NCBI GenBank assembly: GCA_050273025.1
Contig: CP158635.1
Coordinates: 26,102,001 to 26,166,000, forward strand
Source: Cenococcum geophilum
Taxonomy: Eukaryota
Reading direction: 5' to 3'
DNA length: 64,000 bases
A model generated the notes under the pieces. The model was given only the letters and a program-made list of their open reading frames with translations. It did not search any database and was not told the DNA's origin. The stretch's first letter is position 1. Each line of letters begins with the position of its first letter. Shown piece by piece: positions 50,001-63,254 of the stretch. The position numbers and the translations under genes were made by a program.

Positions 50001-53000
50001 AACGAATATTTACTTTAGTGCACTCTAAGTAAGAGGACAGTTATTACGAAGATGGACTTACTAACGTAATATAAACTAACCCCTCTTTTAAATAATAAGA
50101 ATATGGAAACGGTATAATCTTACTAAGAGATAATATTATAGTAATAGTACGAGCACGACGTTATACTTGCGAAGAAGAAAGAACTTTAGGTATAATAAGT
50201 AACAATATTAACCAAATTAATTAGACGGATATTACACCTCTAGTAAACAACTTAAAGATATTAGGAATCTTTAAGAATAAAGATAAAAAGGAGGGAGATA
50301 GTGTTACGGACGCTTTAAATATAATATTATAACTACTTAAAGGAGAGTTAAAAGAAGCTAGTTAGTTAATTTAGGCATAGTCTAAAATAGAGCCGATAGA
50401 GCTATATAATAAGGAATAGTAACTAAGGTTATATAATGTTATACGCAGTATATATAGTGTATAAAGGGAACGTATATATAATATATATAACACGTATATT
50501 ACGTATAAGAAGGATTTTATAGGAGTACAGTTATATATTTAAGGACCCTTAGTCCCTACCTAGATAGTTCCTTCCTTATAGTAATTCTTAGAATATAATT
50601 AGAGTTAATCTGTTAGGCAACTACTCTACTAGTTATTATTACATTATTAACTTTAATTTGCATTACCTACACACCTAGCCTATTAATAATCCTATCGTAG
50701 TACTTGCTACAAGGTTCCGTTATAGGTAGAGTGCCTACTAAAAGCTATAGACACCTAAGGCCTTAAGCTGGCCACCCCCCCCTAGAGTAATTATATAGTA
50801 ATAAGGACCTGCTAAAAATATAATTAACCTTATATTTATAGACAAAGGCCTATACTAGAAACTTAAAAGGTATAACCCTAAAGAAGAATAGGCACTTACT
50901 TTAAACTATATCCCCATCTAAATACAGCTAGATTTAGATATTAAGGCGTAACTAAATAGTAAAAGATACGTAATAAGGATGCTTAAGGTAAATGGTTTTC
51001 TTAATACAGTTAAATAACAACTCTAAGACCTAAAAAAAATCCACCTAATACTAAATAAGCGAGGCTTATTAGCTACCCCTAAGGAAATTAACTAAAGACT
51101 AGAAAGGATCTAGGCAGCAATTAAAAATAGGCTAGAAGAGTACTGCCCGGTTTTAAAACCGGGCCCCTATACGCGATACGTATAGTCCGTATAATACGCA
51201 GTTCTTATAGCTAGCCAATAATAAGTAAGAAGGAAATATATAAGTAGCTATAACCCTAAAGATAAGAGATAATATAAAGACATAAGAAACTAGTTAAAGA
51301 ATACCCTAAAAAAAGAAGTAAGGAATAACTAGAGATAGTTTATAAATAAGTATACTTTTAACCTAAGCCTCCCCTATAATAAGGGCCTATAGGCTATAAT
51401 AAAATGGGTAAAGAAAAAGGTAGGGCAACTAGTAAAAGATTTATATTTACTACCCTTATAAAGAGTAGGGGAATTATAGGCCACTAATAATAATAATAAG
51501 AAGGTAAAGATCTTTATAGAAAGGTTCTTCCCCTAACCGGCTCTAGTAGACCTTAGTAACATTATAGGTAAAATATTAGTAACTTGCTTACGGGTTAACA
51601 GTAATATAATAATAGAGGAAATGGCCAGAACTATTAGCCGCCTTTTAAATAATATAGTACTAGGACTAGATATAATTCTAAATAAGGCCTTAAAGACCTA
51701 TAAACCACTTATAGCACCCTAGCTTATAGATATAGTTAGAGCATACTTTACTATAAGCTACTACCTATAACTTAGAAGATCTATAACAACGGTTATCCTA
51801 TAAAAAGAAGGTAAAATAGATTACTTAATCCTAGGAAGCTACTGCCCTATTGCCCTAGAAAATACCCTTAGTAAGATCTTAAAAAAGGTAATAGCGGACC
51901 ACATAGTAAACACGGCTAAGAAATACGCCCTACTACCATAGAGCTAAATAGGGGTAAGAAAGAACCGCTTAACACTATTAGCACTTACGCTACTCACTAC
52001 TACCATTAAATCTATATAGGCGATGCGAAGGGACTTTATAGTATTAATGCTTAGCCTAAATATTAGTGGCGCCTATAATAACATACCCCATAAGCGTTTC
52101 CTATATATCCTTAGGGTAAAAGGCTTCCTAGAATAGATTATATAATTTATTTAAGGGTTTATAGGTTAGAAGGAAACATTACTAGTCTTTAGCGGATACT
52201 AGAGCCCCCCTATTATAGTTATAATAGAAATACTATAAGGATTACCCCTCTCGCCTATACTCTTCCTTTTCTTTATAAGTAACCTACTTAACTCCTTTAA
52301 GAAAGGGGCGACCTAGGGGATAGGCTTCGTTAATAATACAAACCTAATTATATACGGGCCATTAGCCGTAAAGAATTGCAGAATGCTAGAGAAAGCTTAT
52401 AATACCTATATAGAATAGGCAAGACAATATAGAGTCTAATTCTTACCAGAGAAATACTAGCTAATCTATTTTATAAGAAAACGTAACTAATCTGCAAATC
52501 TTTAGTATATAATCTATATCTAAAACTTTAGGGGTTAACTAGTTTAGGGCCTAAGGGTATTAGGAGTATAGGTAAATAGTAAGCTCCGGTAGAGCGTATA
52601 TGCGGCGTAAGCGGCCTATAAGGGCTAAGTATAGTATATCGTATTATCTAGGATTGTTAATTCTATATAGGGCCCATACTTTTAAAGGTCACGCCTACTA
52701 TATATAGTAGTTATCTGGCTAACCATAACGTATAGGTCTAGTATTTAGGCCATTAGAGAATCTAAAAAAGGCCCCCCTAAGTTACTTCTTAAACTACTCT
52801 AAAAGGTCTAAATAGCCTACCTCTAGAGTATAATAGGCGGATATAAGCGAACGGCTATAGTACTGCTTAAGAAGGAAGCCAATATTCCCCCCCTATAACT
52901 ATATATTAAACCCGCTATAATATAAAGAGCCTAAAATAAACGCAACTCTAATATTATAAAGTATATTAAGATACGCCTAAATAAACTATAGAGGGACCCT

Positions 53001-56000
53001 AAGGCGCCCTATAGAAGAATAAACTAATAACCCTAAAGTAGGGAAGACATATTAGAGAAATAGGTAAAGAAAGTAAAAGAAGAATAGTGCTGCTTTAGGG
53101 CCCAGGCCTATATAAAGGAGGAAGGGAGACGCGTAAGAGGCTAGTAAAGATAATAGTAAGAGAGAAAAAGGAGCTAAAGTAAAGTATAAAAGAATGTTAG
53201 GAAACTATCTACCGTAATATAATACTGGTTAAACTAACGCTAGAGAGGTATATAGGAGTTAAAGTTATAGAGGCTAACTAAGGTAAGAGGAACCTAAGCT
53301 GTAGCATAGTTAACGCTATAGGGGGTAAACACTCTAGGGCTCTAAGAAGGCCTAACGAAGGCAGAAAATATAATAGTAATATTCTTAAGAACAGGAATAA
53401 TAGGACTAAAAAACTGGCTTTACTAAATGGGTGTTTTAGTAGGTAGCCTAAGATATAAATATAGCTAGCTAAGACAGACACTAAAATATATAATACTGCT
53501 ATACCCCTTACGCATTAACTAAAAAGTAATACTTTTAGTAGCTAGTATAGAGAACTATAATACACTGCTCTTAATATAAACAGGCCTTAAGGCGGTTACC
53601 TAGTGGCTTATTAGCTAAAATATACTAAACTAGTTCTAGGTTATAAGGGAAATAGTAATAAAGGGTAGGGGGCGAGTAATGGGCGCCCCCTAATAACTCT
53701 ATAGTAGTAGAGTAAAGTTTATAATACTAGCGCGTCCATAGGCTTATTACGGCAGCAGTAGTTCCTAAAGAGGTTAAAAAGTAAGGTAGTAAAAGCACTA
53801 TAGGTAACTTATAGGCGCCTTATAGGCGAGTTTTAAAAGGCAGGGAGATAGATTATAGGGTTTTCTTAAATAGAGTTTTCTCCCTATATATATATAAGGA
53901 GTAGTCCGCGTAGGCCTAATAGGGATCTAAATTGGACGTTAAGCAATAAATTATTATATTCCTATAACTAAGGTATACCTAATACTACCTTATCCTATCC
54001 TAATAGTAGGATATTAAAAGATATTTTAATCCGTCTCCCTTTAATAATTATCTAAATAGGTCCTGTTTTAAGGTTAATAATGCTTCCTCTATAGGTTATT
54101 AAATCTCCTAAAATTATAACTAATAGGTAAGATTATTCCTTCTATCTATAAAGTAATCCTATTTTTTTTTAACTGCTACTAATAAGATATAGTTTCTTAT
54201 TGCTCTATTATCTATTAGTGCTTTAAACTATTAATCTTACTAATTAACTTATAAACTTAGGTATTATCCTTAAATTCCTTTAAGGGTCTAAGGCTTTATT
54301 ACTAGCTCCCTTTAGTTTTATAGGCCTCTACTTTTCCTAACTATTAGCTACTTAATCCTTATATACTTAGCTTACTCTTTAGCTAATACCTAGTTTGCTT
54401 CTTATCCTCTATATACTATAAATACGTACTCTCTAGGTATTCCTACTACTATTATCTATTTAGGCATTCTTCTATAAGGAATCTTCCTAGTTAAAGTATT
54501 AAGTCCCCTAACTTTTAAACTTCTATTAGATGCCATCTATATATATACTTAGTATTTCTATATTATTACTTATCTATCGCCTAATATATCCTTATAAGGT
54601 ACTTCTAATTCTTTTCTTTTAGATTCTTATATATTTTATATATATATTTTATATATATTATTTATATATATAATCTATAATAGTATATAGTATACTAGGT
54701 GCTTTAGGTTAACTCTTAACTTATCTTTATTTTTAAGTTTAAACCTTTACTATATTAATCTAAACGTTATAACTTCGTTTATAGGTACTAAGATACGCCT
54801 TTTACTTCTCTAGTCCTCTAATTATTCCTCTAGATCCTTTAATATTATAATTAAGGCTCCCTTAATATAAGTTATAGCCTTCTTAGTAATTAGGTAGTCC
54901 TAAATAACTTACTTATCTAACTATATATAGAAATCTTTCTACTTATTATTATATCGCTGCCTATACTACTTTTAGTATAGCTGCTAAAGTATATATAGCT
55001 TATCCGTAAGAAAGTATCTTCTTATTACTATATCGTAACAGCCCTTTATATATCGTTCTTTAAACCTAGTAAGGATCTCTAAATTCTCTTTATTTTCTAG
55101 TTTAATAAGCTATTTAGCTCTTAGCGTACCTACCCTAGGCCTATTAGTAATTCTTTATATAGGTGCTCCGTCCCTTATATAACCTAGTATACTAGATTTC
55201 TAGTCTAGTTTCTATTCTTGCTATATAAGGATTCTTTATTTAAACTCCTTTATATTTTCTTTTAGTTTTCGCCTTATAAGTAGATCCTTAAAGTCTTTTT
55301 ACTTCTTAATCTTAGTTTATTTAATAGTCCTTATTTATATTTAGAAATCTTAGTCCTATATAAATCTTAATCCTAAGCTTACTTCTATCTTAAGCTTAGC
55401 TCCAGCCTTAGTTTAACTAGGCTTCTATAGTATTCTTATCTTATCTTAAGAGTTTTAAATCTTACTTATCTTATTTTAAGAATCTTATACCTTTAAGAAA
55501 CTCCGTCCTAAGCTTATTTATATATTACTAAACTAAGCCGTTACTCTACTCTATTGGTTGTCGTCTATTATAGGTCCTTAAGCTTATCTTATCTCGTCTT
55601 AAGAATCTTAAGCCTATAGCCTTTTGCCTTTATTAAGTGCCGAAGCAGTTTATTATTCTACTTCTTTTACGTCTTATAAAGCGATAGATATTGTATTTAA
55701 TAAGGTCTTAATCCCTACTAATATTCCCTATTCTATAGTGGAATTATCCTTTACCTCTTTTATAATATCTCCAAGGTCTATATACTTTTAGTAAGCTACT
55801 TTTATTGCCTTATTATTACTAAATATTTCGCCTATATTAAATTTATCGTCCTTAATATCCAATCTGCGAGATAGTTTATTAGTTCCTCTAAACTCTAATA
55901 ATTTTAGCTCCTGTGGCTAATAGCTTACGCTATACTTAGCGTCCTTATAAATTTAGTATACGTTATTATAACAAAACGCAAAACTTTTAATTAAACACTC

Positions 56001-56137
56001 TTTTATTTCTCGTAGTATACTATCGTCCCTCTATATATATATATCTTCTACTAGTCTTATTCCTTTTACTATATAGTAACTCTAACTACTTCTATAGTCT
56101 CTAATAAAATAACCTTATTTTCTATAATTTATATAAG

Positions 56138-56239
56138 TGTAAGAGTATATATATTAGATCCCGCCGCGCTTACAAATAAGTTCGCAAGCACTCCGTGTCT
56201 TTTTGGCCGAATGGCGACGTTAGGGCGGGAAACGTTACA
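56138..56239. mobile_element. 102-bp solo LTR of a family not otherwise present in the window
   Basis: TGTAA...TTACA termini, 5-bp TSD ATAAG (56133-56137 / 56240-56244); interrupts A0 gag. Confidence 0.85.
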
Positions 56240-57284
56240 ATAAGCTTCTTCTTTAAACCATTTTTCTTGCTATAAAGTCCGCCTAAACGTCTTCTGCTAT
56301 TAAGATCCCTAGTTTAGCCTCTACTCCTTAGACCTTTAATTACTTAATTCTTATTTTCTGGGTTTCTATAGTCGTTTATTCTATTTTTGGTTTTCTTTAG
56401 TATTACTTAGGTCTATTAGCTCTGCACTATACTATAGTTTCTAACTTTAACCTTATTATTACGTACTCTGCGCCTTATATAACTATAGAACTCTATCCTA
56501 ACCCTTCTTAGTCTGCTTTTTTTAGTAGATTATATTATTGATCTTAATTACTTAATTAATTAAATCCCTAAAAGTATCCGCATCTTCTATTAGGATAATT
56601 ATATCCTAGACTTTCGCCTTAAGTCCTTACTTATACTATACTATAAGCGCCTTATTATTCTATTTAACCTATATTACTAATATTTAAAACTATATTATAT
56701 ACTTAATTACTAAAGTTCTTTATACTAGGTTTTAATGTTTTTATTCTACCGTAGTAGTTACCTTTAGGTCTTTAAATATCTATATTAAGCGTTCTATAAA
56801 CCCGTTTTAACCTAAGAATATATATCATACCTCCTAGCTAGTAGTTATTATACTATACTCCTATACCTCCGTAAGGTAAGGCTTAAACTACTTAAGTATC
56901 CTTCCTGTTAAGAACAATCCTACATAAGCGACTTAATCTATAGGCGTTTCTAGTTTAACTCCTTCCTATATAACCTTAAAGTGTATTTATATAAGGAATC
57001 CCTTAAGCTTTAACTTTTCTCCTAAGAATCGCTTAATTAAGGGTAACTTAACCTTAGCTGCTCCGATCCTATTAATACTTTTTTTTTAAATATCCTATTA
57101 TTATCTATTAATTAATTAACTATTTCCTATAGCTGTTTAACAGTAACTAGTTAAGAGTTAGTGTCTGCTATACTAGTGTCGTCACCTAATCCTAAAGTAG
57201 TTACTGCTGTTAACGCTATTATAGCTACTGCTTTTAGTAGTATGTTATTTAACTTTATTAATACTATAACCTTAGTAGTAAATA

Positions 57285-57703
57285 TATAACGAAGCCTTAT
57301 AGTAGGAACTACGGTAGACTTATTAATAGGCTAGGTATATAGGTAAACAAGAAGTTAATAACGTAATAATAACTAGTAAAGTAGTTGCCTAATAGATTAA
57401 CTCTAATTATATTCTAAGATTTACTATAAAGAAGAGAAACTATCTATAGAGACCGTACGTCCTTAAATATATAACTCCTCCTTATAGTAAAGGTTAAGTA
57501 CATTAGTACGTTAGTACGTTAGTATATTATATTCCCACGTTCCCACGTTCCTACGTTTCGAACTTATAACGTAACTAGCTATATAACTTAGCTACCCCTT
57601 ATCCTATAGCTTAATGGGTTCTAGCGCCTCCTATACTATCTTAACTAACCCGTTTATATCTATTCTTAGTAGTCGCACTACTACTAATATAAGGTCTATA
57701 ATA
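57285..57703 (-). repeat. 5' LTR of A0 (diverged family-A LTR)
   Basis: Reverse complement of the A LTR R/U5 (AATAGGCTAGGT, GTTGCCTAATAGATTAACTC); outer end reads TATTATAGACC on minus (compare TGTTACAGAC). Confidence 0.8.
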
Positions 57704-58698
57704 CCTTATAATAACTTCCTAATATCTATTTTAAAGGAGATTAGTATAGGGCTCTTAACTTTCTAAACTTAGGCTTAGGGAAGCTCCTATTATAGAGGTA
57801 GTATTAGTATTAATAGCTAGTATAGGCTTTCTAATAAGGCTTAGGTCTTAAGTTAGTAGTTAGGTTAAATTACTTAAAGGGGTAAGCCCGCTTAGCTTAT
57901 AAGTAGTTTATATACTACTACTATACTAATTATAGGCTAGTGGTCTTTTAGGAGGGTTCTAGTTAATTTCCTAATTAGATATATTAATATATTTCTCTAG
58001 CATTTCTAGCTTAAAGGAAGATCTTAAAGTTACCTCTAGCGCTTAATTTTCTAATTAGCTTAGGTAGGGCTAGAGGGGTTCTAGCTGCTTTTTAGTAGTA
58101 TTATAACCGTTATAAAGGGTATTTATATTTTCCTTAGCGTTGCCGGTAACTGTAGGTATATAAGAGTCTTTAAGCTCTTAGAGCATCTAGGTATTAGGGC
58201 TTATTTAGCTATCTTACCTAGAGGGTTATATTATCGCAATCTCTCGCTATTAGAGGGACCTTCCTGCCTTGCCGCGACGGCTTTCTATAAGGTGTCTGTG
58301 GAGTTCCTATTCGGGTTATCGCGAGATTTTAAAGGAGGATAGTAGTTATAAATAAAAGATATAAATAAATAATCTGGTCCTTAAAGCCAACTACTCTTCT
58401 AAAAAGGAGTAGAAAGGATTTATATGTAAGGGGACTTTGTAGATAGGGGGCTATAAGGACACGATTGTGGAATAGGATAGATTGGTAAGAGAGACGAATC
58501 CTTGAGGAGGTAAGGCCTTGGGGATCGTGGAGACTATATACTACGGGCACGTGCCTCCGGCACGTGACCGGCGACCATCCGAGGGGCGTCCGGGGGTTGT
58601 CCTGAGGGCAACCCGAGGTGTCCGCAATAATATCCCTTACAGTACCCGATTGGCTCGGTCGGACATATTAGCTTACTGTCGTGATAGATGATAGTGAT

Positions 58699-58781
58699 AG
58701 GAAGGGAACGGGTGAGAGGCAGCTTCCAGGCAACTCCAGGCAATGAAAACTGGGCACGTGGTCATAGACACTTCTAGAAAC
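58699..58781 (+). repeat. Dispersed repeat, copy 2 (see 513-614)
   Basis: Shared blocks GAGAGGCAGCTTCCA and CACGTGGTCATRGACACTTCTAGAAAC. Confidence 0.8.
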
Positions 58782-59919
58782 CTACCGCTACGCGCCACAG
58801 TCGTTCTAAAAGGCTGATCCGAAAGCATAATAGCGTCGAAATATAATACAATTTAATACCGGATAATGTAAGCACACTAATGAACGCCAAGTCGCGCTAA
58901 AACACCACGCCACGTTGGGTAGCCCCCCCTCCGCCCGGCGAAACTCCCGGAATGTATGTTCCTCAGGTCAGAGTAGCCTTCAAGGCTTGGAGCCATATTC
59001 TTTCTCCATAGAACTTTCCCCCTAGCACTCCGAACTTTGAAGAGACTCCCACAGTCGCGATTGAGCAGGGGGGAGCAGCTGAAGCAGCGATCGATGGCGT
59101 CAACGAAACGATCGACAGCATGACCAACACCGCGGTAGTTCTCGTTGCAGACTGGTTTCCTGGAGGAGAAATGGCTGTAGAACAGTGACACATCGACCAT
59201 ATCTTTATAGGCTTGCGAGGGAGACTTCAGAGGTCTAAACCATAAATTCGTCTCGCGACGAGGTGCGTCTCTCCACCCAGGGACGGACATTAGTAAAATT
59301 TAACTTCGACCTTAGTTTCCCGGCCGATAATAAATAAACAGCGGGCAGCTGCGTTGCTTCCTCTCCGTTGCCCTCGACCACTTCTAAATCAACGTCACTT
59401 CAGCCAGCTGTTCTGTATGCATGGTATGGATAGCATTAATGGGGCGAGTTCGGTGCGAATGGAATATCCATCTAGACGCCCCAATGCAGTTTAGGACGCA
59501 AGGGTGGAAGGATCCGAAGCAGGGTGCAGATAATATCGCAAATACTTTAGAGGAAGGGGTGAAGTGGATTGATACTTGGTTTGAGGAGTGTATTAATGGG
59601 CTTCGAGCTGAATAAACCACTCTTCAGCAGTGGCACAGCTGGACATATGGACATAGTAAGGAGGGACCGGCGGAATACTGACGGGGTTCTAATGAGATGG
59701 GCCTTATTATTTTTGGCGTGACAGGATGGATGTTGTTGAGTTTTGGTCAATAGCGTATACTACTTTCGTGCCTGATTGCCATCAAGGTTCCTCGACGCTG
59801 ACAGCCCAGGTCTGAAAGCCTGAGAACTCATTTTCTTGCTTGAAACTAACTGCTCACTTCGTTAGCCGCTACAATAAACCTCACTTACCATTAGTTTTTT
59901 ACACAATTTCGAAGCAGCA

Positions 59920-61220
59920 ATGTCACTTGTCACGCTCAAGCATTCCGATAGCTCTAGGGAAGACGCGGTGGATAGAAATGAAGGATCTCTAGCCGTCACC
60001 CCTCATCATGCCCTCCAAGCCACAGTTGGGAGGACACAACCTTTGACCGAAACAGCTGATGATATCAAGAAAAAAATAGATAATGTTCCAAAACTAGCTG
60101 ATCCCCAGCGAGAGTTGAATCGGAAATCCACAATCAAAAAACTCTACGAGCTGAGAGTTTGCTCTAAGGGCATGGGTGCCTTTGCAACCCAAGACATAAA
60201 GCGCGGAAAGCGTATTCTTGCTGACATTCCACTACTCACGATTCCGAAGGCACGTTACTTCAATGTTGATATCAAAGAGGCCTTTGCGAAACTTTCGCCA
60301 GAAGACAAGAAGCGCTACTTCGAATTGCATTCTGCACATGGACAAAGCACCTCAAACTGGCCTCAAAGCATCCACCCAAATATCTCTCTAAGCGAGCGAG
60401 TGCGCATTGAAGAACAGCACGACGCACGTACAGACAAAGAGGCAAGTCTGATGTCAATTTTCCAGACCAACTGCATGGAGATGGAACAAGGTGCTGCGGT
60501 CTTTTACGAAGCTGCGCGCTTCAACCATTCCTGTAACGCAAACGCGTTTTTCTCCTGGAATGCACGCATCGACAAAGAAACCATTCACGCTACCATGGAT
60601 ATTAAGGTGGGCGAGGAGATCACACTGTGCTACTGCGACCCGCACCACGATACTGCGTTGCGACGGTGGGAGCTGAAGCACTACGGTTTTGAGTGTGGCT
60701 GCCCTGCGTGCGAGGATTCGAGCGATCCAGACTCGTTCGCGGCTATCAGCGCGCAGAGGAGATACAGACTGCGTGAACTGGATGATGTGATGTCCGGAAT
60801 TCGATCCCGCAACCTCAACTCTCCAGCTTCGCCTTCAGAGCCACTATTGACATGTCTCCTAGAAATGGCGGCATTGCAGTTAAATGAAGGCTTGTGGACT
60901 GCTGAACTAGCGCACACGTAAGTCTTATCATTTATCAGATTCAACAATTCATGCATAGACGTGGACAAATGCGAAGATTACTGGTTATAACCAAGAATGT
61001 CCTACATTGCACTTGCTAATCATTAATATCTAGTTATTTAGACATCGCTATCATCTGCGAGGCTAAAGGGGACCTAGACAATGCTCTCAGTGCGGCTCGA
61101 AAGGCTCTCCAGGTCACCTTTGACTGCCGCGGCCCAGATTGCGAGGATATTCGCTACTACATTAGTGCTGTGCGTCGGGTGAAGCAGAGCATGAACGCAT
61201 TGAATAGTGGTGGCGACTGA
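59920..61220 (+). CDS. SET-domain protein lysine methyltransferase (fungal Set5/SMYD-like) with helical TPR-like C-terminus; exons 59920-60917 and 61034-61220
   Basis: GMGAFATQDI, RFNHSC, GEEITLCY and post-SET FECGCPAC motifs. Intron GTAAGT(60918)...GCTAAT...TAG(61033) restores the frame to TGA at 61218-61220. Confidence 0.9.
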
Positions 61221-61956
61221 AATGGTACTACAAGATTTCTTCACGACTTGGCAGCTGCCCTCAGGGGCCTAGCTCATCGACTTTGATCACTGGGTGCTGG
61301 AGTAGATCAATTGATCAGTCATAAGGGATGCCTCATAATATGTTTCAAGGCGGTATTTCGGTGGATTGGATTCAGGTAATTCCATTAGGATCCGCGAGTG
61401 GAATCGAAGGGTAGAAACAGGGGTTTCAGGCACGCCTCTCAGCGGCGGCAGTAGCGGCGGATAGCCCAAGAATCAGTACTGCAGGGAATTTTGGATTCTC
61501 TAGAAGTAAGTGTGGAAGGGTTGCATAGTGAAATCCTGATCTGATGTTGAAACTGGGGCTCTGCCGTGTCCAGCACGGATTGGGCAATGGCCTTGCTTAG
61601 CGCCCGCCAGCGCCCTGACGCAGCGCAACAGCAGCTCTCTGAAACTGCGATGACACAAAGCCCTTCCACAGGAGGAGTAGCTGGTAAGATCAGCACGAGA
61701 TGCACCGCTGAGAATCAGCTAGCTTAGGAGACAATGAGGCGGCGAGAGGCGACGAGAAGACGGCGCCACCTGTTCATGTGCGAAGAGGCCTGGAACTAGC
61801 CATGCTTTCGCTGACATCACCTTCGCCTCCAGCTCTTTCTCTTTCTCAATTAACCCACGTACATTCTACTGCTTCCGTGCTAAACCACACACCCTAGCAT
61901 CCTTCGATCCTTCAGAATACTCTATACTTACTTCAATAAATTCAACAATTCTTAAC

Positions 61957-63254
61957 ATGGCGGCTTCATTAGAACCCACCGTGGACAAATCCTTCACAGC
62001 CTCTGAAGCGATCTCCAAGCCAGCAATGGAGCACGCGTCTACGGCACCATCGTCGAATCCTGAACCGGAGCCGGAACTAGATTTTCAAGGCGATGTTCTA
62101 GTCTCCAACGACATTCCCACGCAAACTGACCTAGACAAATGCGCCGATCTACTTGTGCTGGACGCGCAAGGAACGTCGCGGCCGTTTAAGACGCTTTACG
62201 CGGGGGAAGGCGTTGCGCCACGGCAATTAATTATTTTCGTGCGACATTTCTTTTGCGGAGTAAGTATATCTCTTCCCGATGCCATACGGTATGGACTGGA
62301 CTGGATGCAAGAGTACCCTCGCGGAATTGCTCTGGAATACTTCGGCCTAGATTGAGAGCATGGCAAGTTCCTCACGGGATATAAGGCCCCTCACGCTGCT
62401 TGTTCTGGAAGAATTTAAGTAATTGGTCAATTATTCTAGAATGCCTCCCCGGTTCAATCAGGGTAGAAGAGCTATCTGAACAATTCGCACCGAACAGTCG
62501 AAAGCACTTGACGACGCATCTACACACTAGATCTGCTTCAACCTACTGTTTAGAAAAAGCAACACAGCTAACTCTACCTTCATAGAATTGCCAGGAATAC
62601 CTCCGCACTCTCGCGTCCTCGGTAACTCCCGAAGCACTTCTCACGTTACCTACACCAACCTTCATAACCGTCATCGGCTGTGGCCGCCCGGAGCTTATCG
62701 ATATGTACGCCGCTACAACCGGTTGCCCATTCCCAATCTACGCCGACCCGACGCGCAAACTCTACGACTACCTTGGCATGGGGCGCACTCTTGACTTGGG
62801 CAAGAAGAAGCCGGACTACATTCAGAGTAATCTATTCGCGACCACTGTGCAAAGCATCGCGCAAGTGCTCAAGACCGGCCGTGATGGACTCAAGGGCGGA
62901 GATTTCAAACAAGTTGGTGGGGAGTTTATGTTCGAGGAAGAGAAGGTGGTGTGGTGTCATCGGATGCGGAATACCCGAGATCACGCTCAGGTGCCTGAGT
63001 TGAGAAGGATAATAGGTCTGGATGATGCAAAACCGCCAATACGCAAGCGATGGAGCCATGGGATAAAAGAAATTAAGCAACGCAATACTAGCTGGGGGAA
63101 GGGCAAAGAACCAAAGGAAGGAAGACGCAGCGGCAGTAGGCCAAGGCTGAGTGGAGAGAAGGTTGAAGAGAAGAGGGCAGAGGAAGAGAAAGCCGTAGAA
63201 AACGAAAAGAAGGAAAACATGCCTCCTGCTTCTAATGATGTTGCGACGACTTGA
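61957..63254 (+). CDS. AhpC/TSA-2 family thioredoxin-fold (peroxiredoxin-like, AAED1/PRXL2C-type) protein; exons 61957-62259 and 62586-63254
   Basis: Splicing GTAAGT(62260)...GCTAAC...TAG(62585) yields IIFVRHFFCGNCQEY (CxxC) in frame with ORF 62703..63254; also YADPTRKLY, QVGGEF and HRMRNTRDH motifs. Confidence 0.92.

Larger units (their letters stand above)
21770..50724 (+). mobile_element. Ty3/Gypsy chromovirus family A, copy A1 (hosts D and E)
   Basis: 423-bp LTRs (21770-22192, 50302-50724), TSD GGTAG, PPT before 50302; RT YLND near 32330; integrase/chromodomain 48340-49560. Confidence 0.95.
19263..53952 (+). mobile_element. Tad1-clade LINE (about 5.7 kb own sequence: 19263-21769 + 50730-53952), split by Gypsy A1
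   Basis: 17-bp TSD ATTATATTCCTATAACT (19246-19262 / 53953-53969). ORF1 with three de-RIP CCHC knuckles near 20560-20710; APE motifs ILAI(Q)EP and LLGDINL near 21400-21720; RT motifs SYCPIALENTL, (Q)GLPLSPILF and FVNN (de-RIP FVDD) at 51830-52340. Confidence 0.92.
2489..57703 (-). mobile_element. Ty3/Gypsy chromovirus family A, copy A0 (outermost host; RIP-degenerate; 3' LTR missing)
   Basis: Segments 2489-2690, 2983-4522, 5544-5744, 11730-12520, 18480-19262, 53953-56137 and 56240-57703 are colinear with the reverse complement of A1/A2 (chromodomain/integrase, RNase H, RT VYLND near 18545, protease, gag, 5' LTR). Confidence 0.85.

Noticed and set aside
12523..53481. Short ORF-track entries inside the nest (e.g. 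12523, 16978, 26343, 27964, 28367, 44141, 46649, 48067, 53278)
   Set aside because: Chance or antisense frames, or small surviving gag/pol pieces (26831..27064 is D protease region, 44172..44438 is E pol linker); not independent genes.
58877..59750. Several 64-137 aa ORFs upstream of the SET gene
   Set aside because: No recognisable domain or coherent exon structure; a decayed gene is possible but unsupported.
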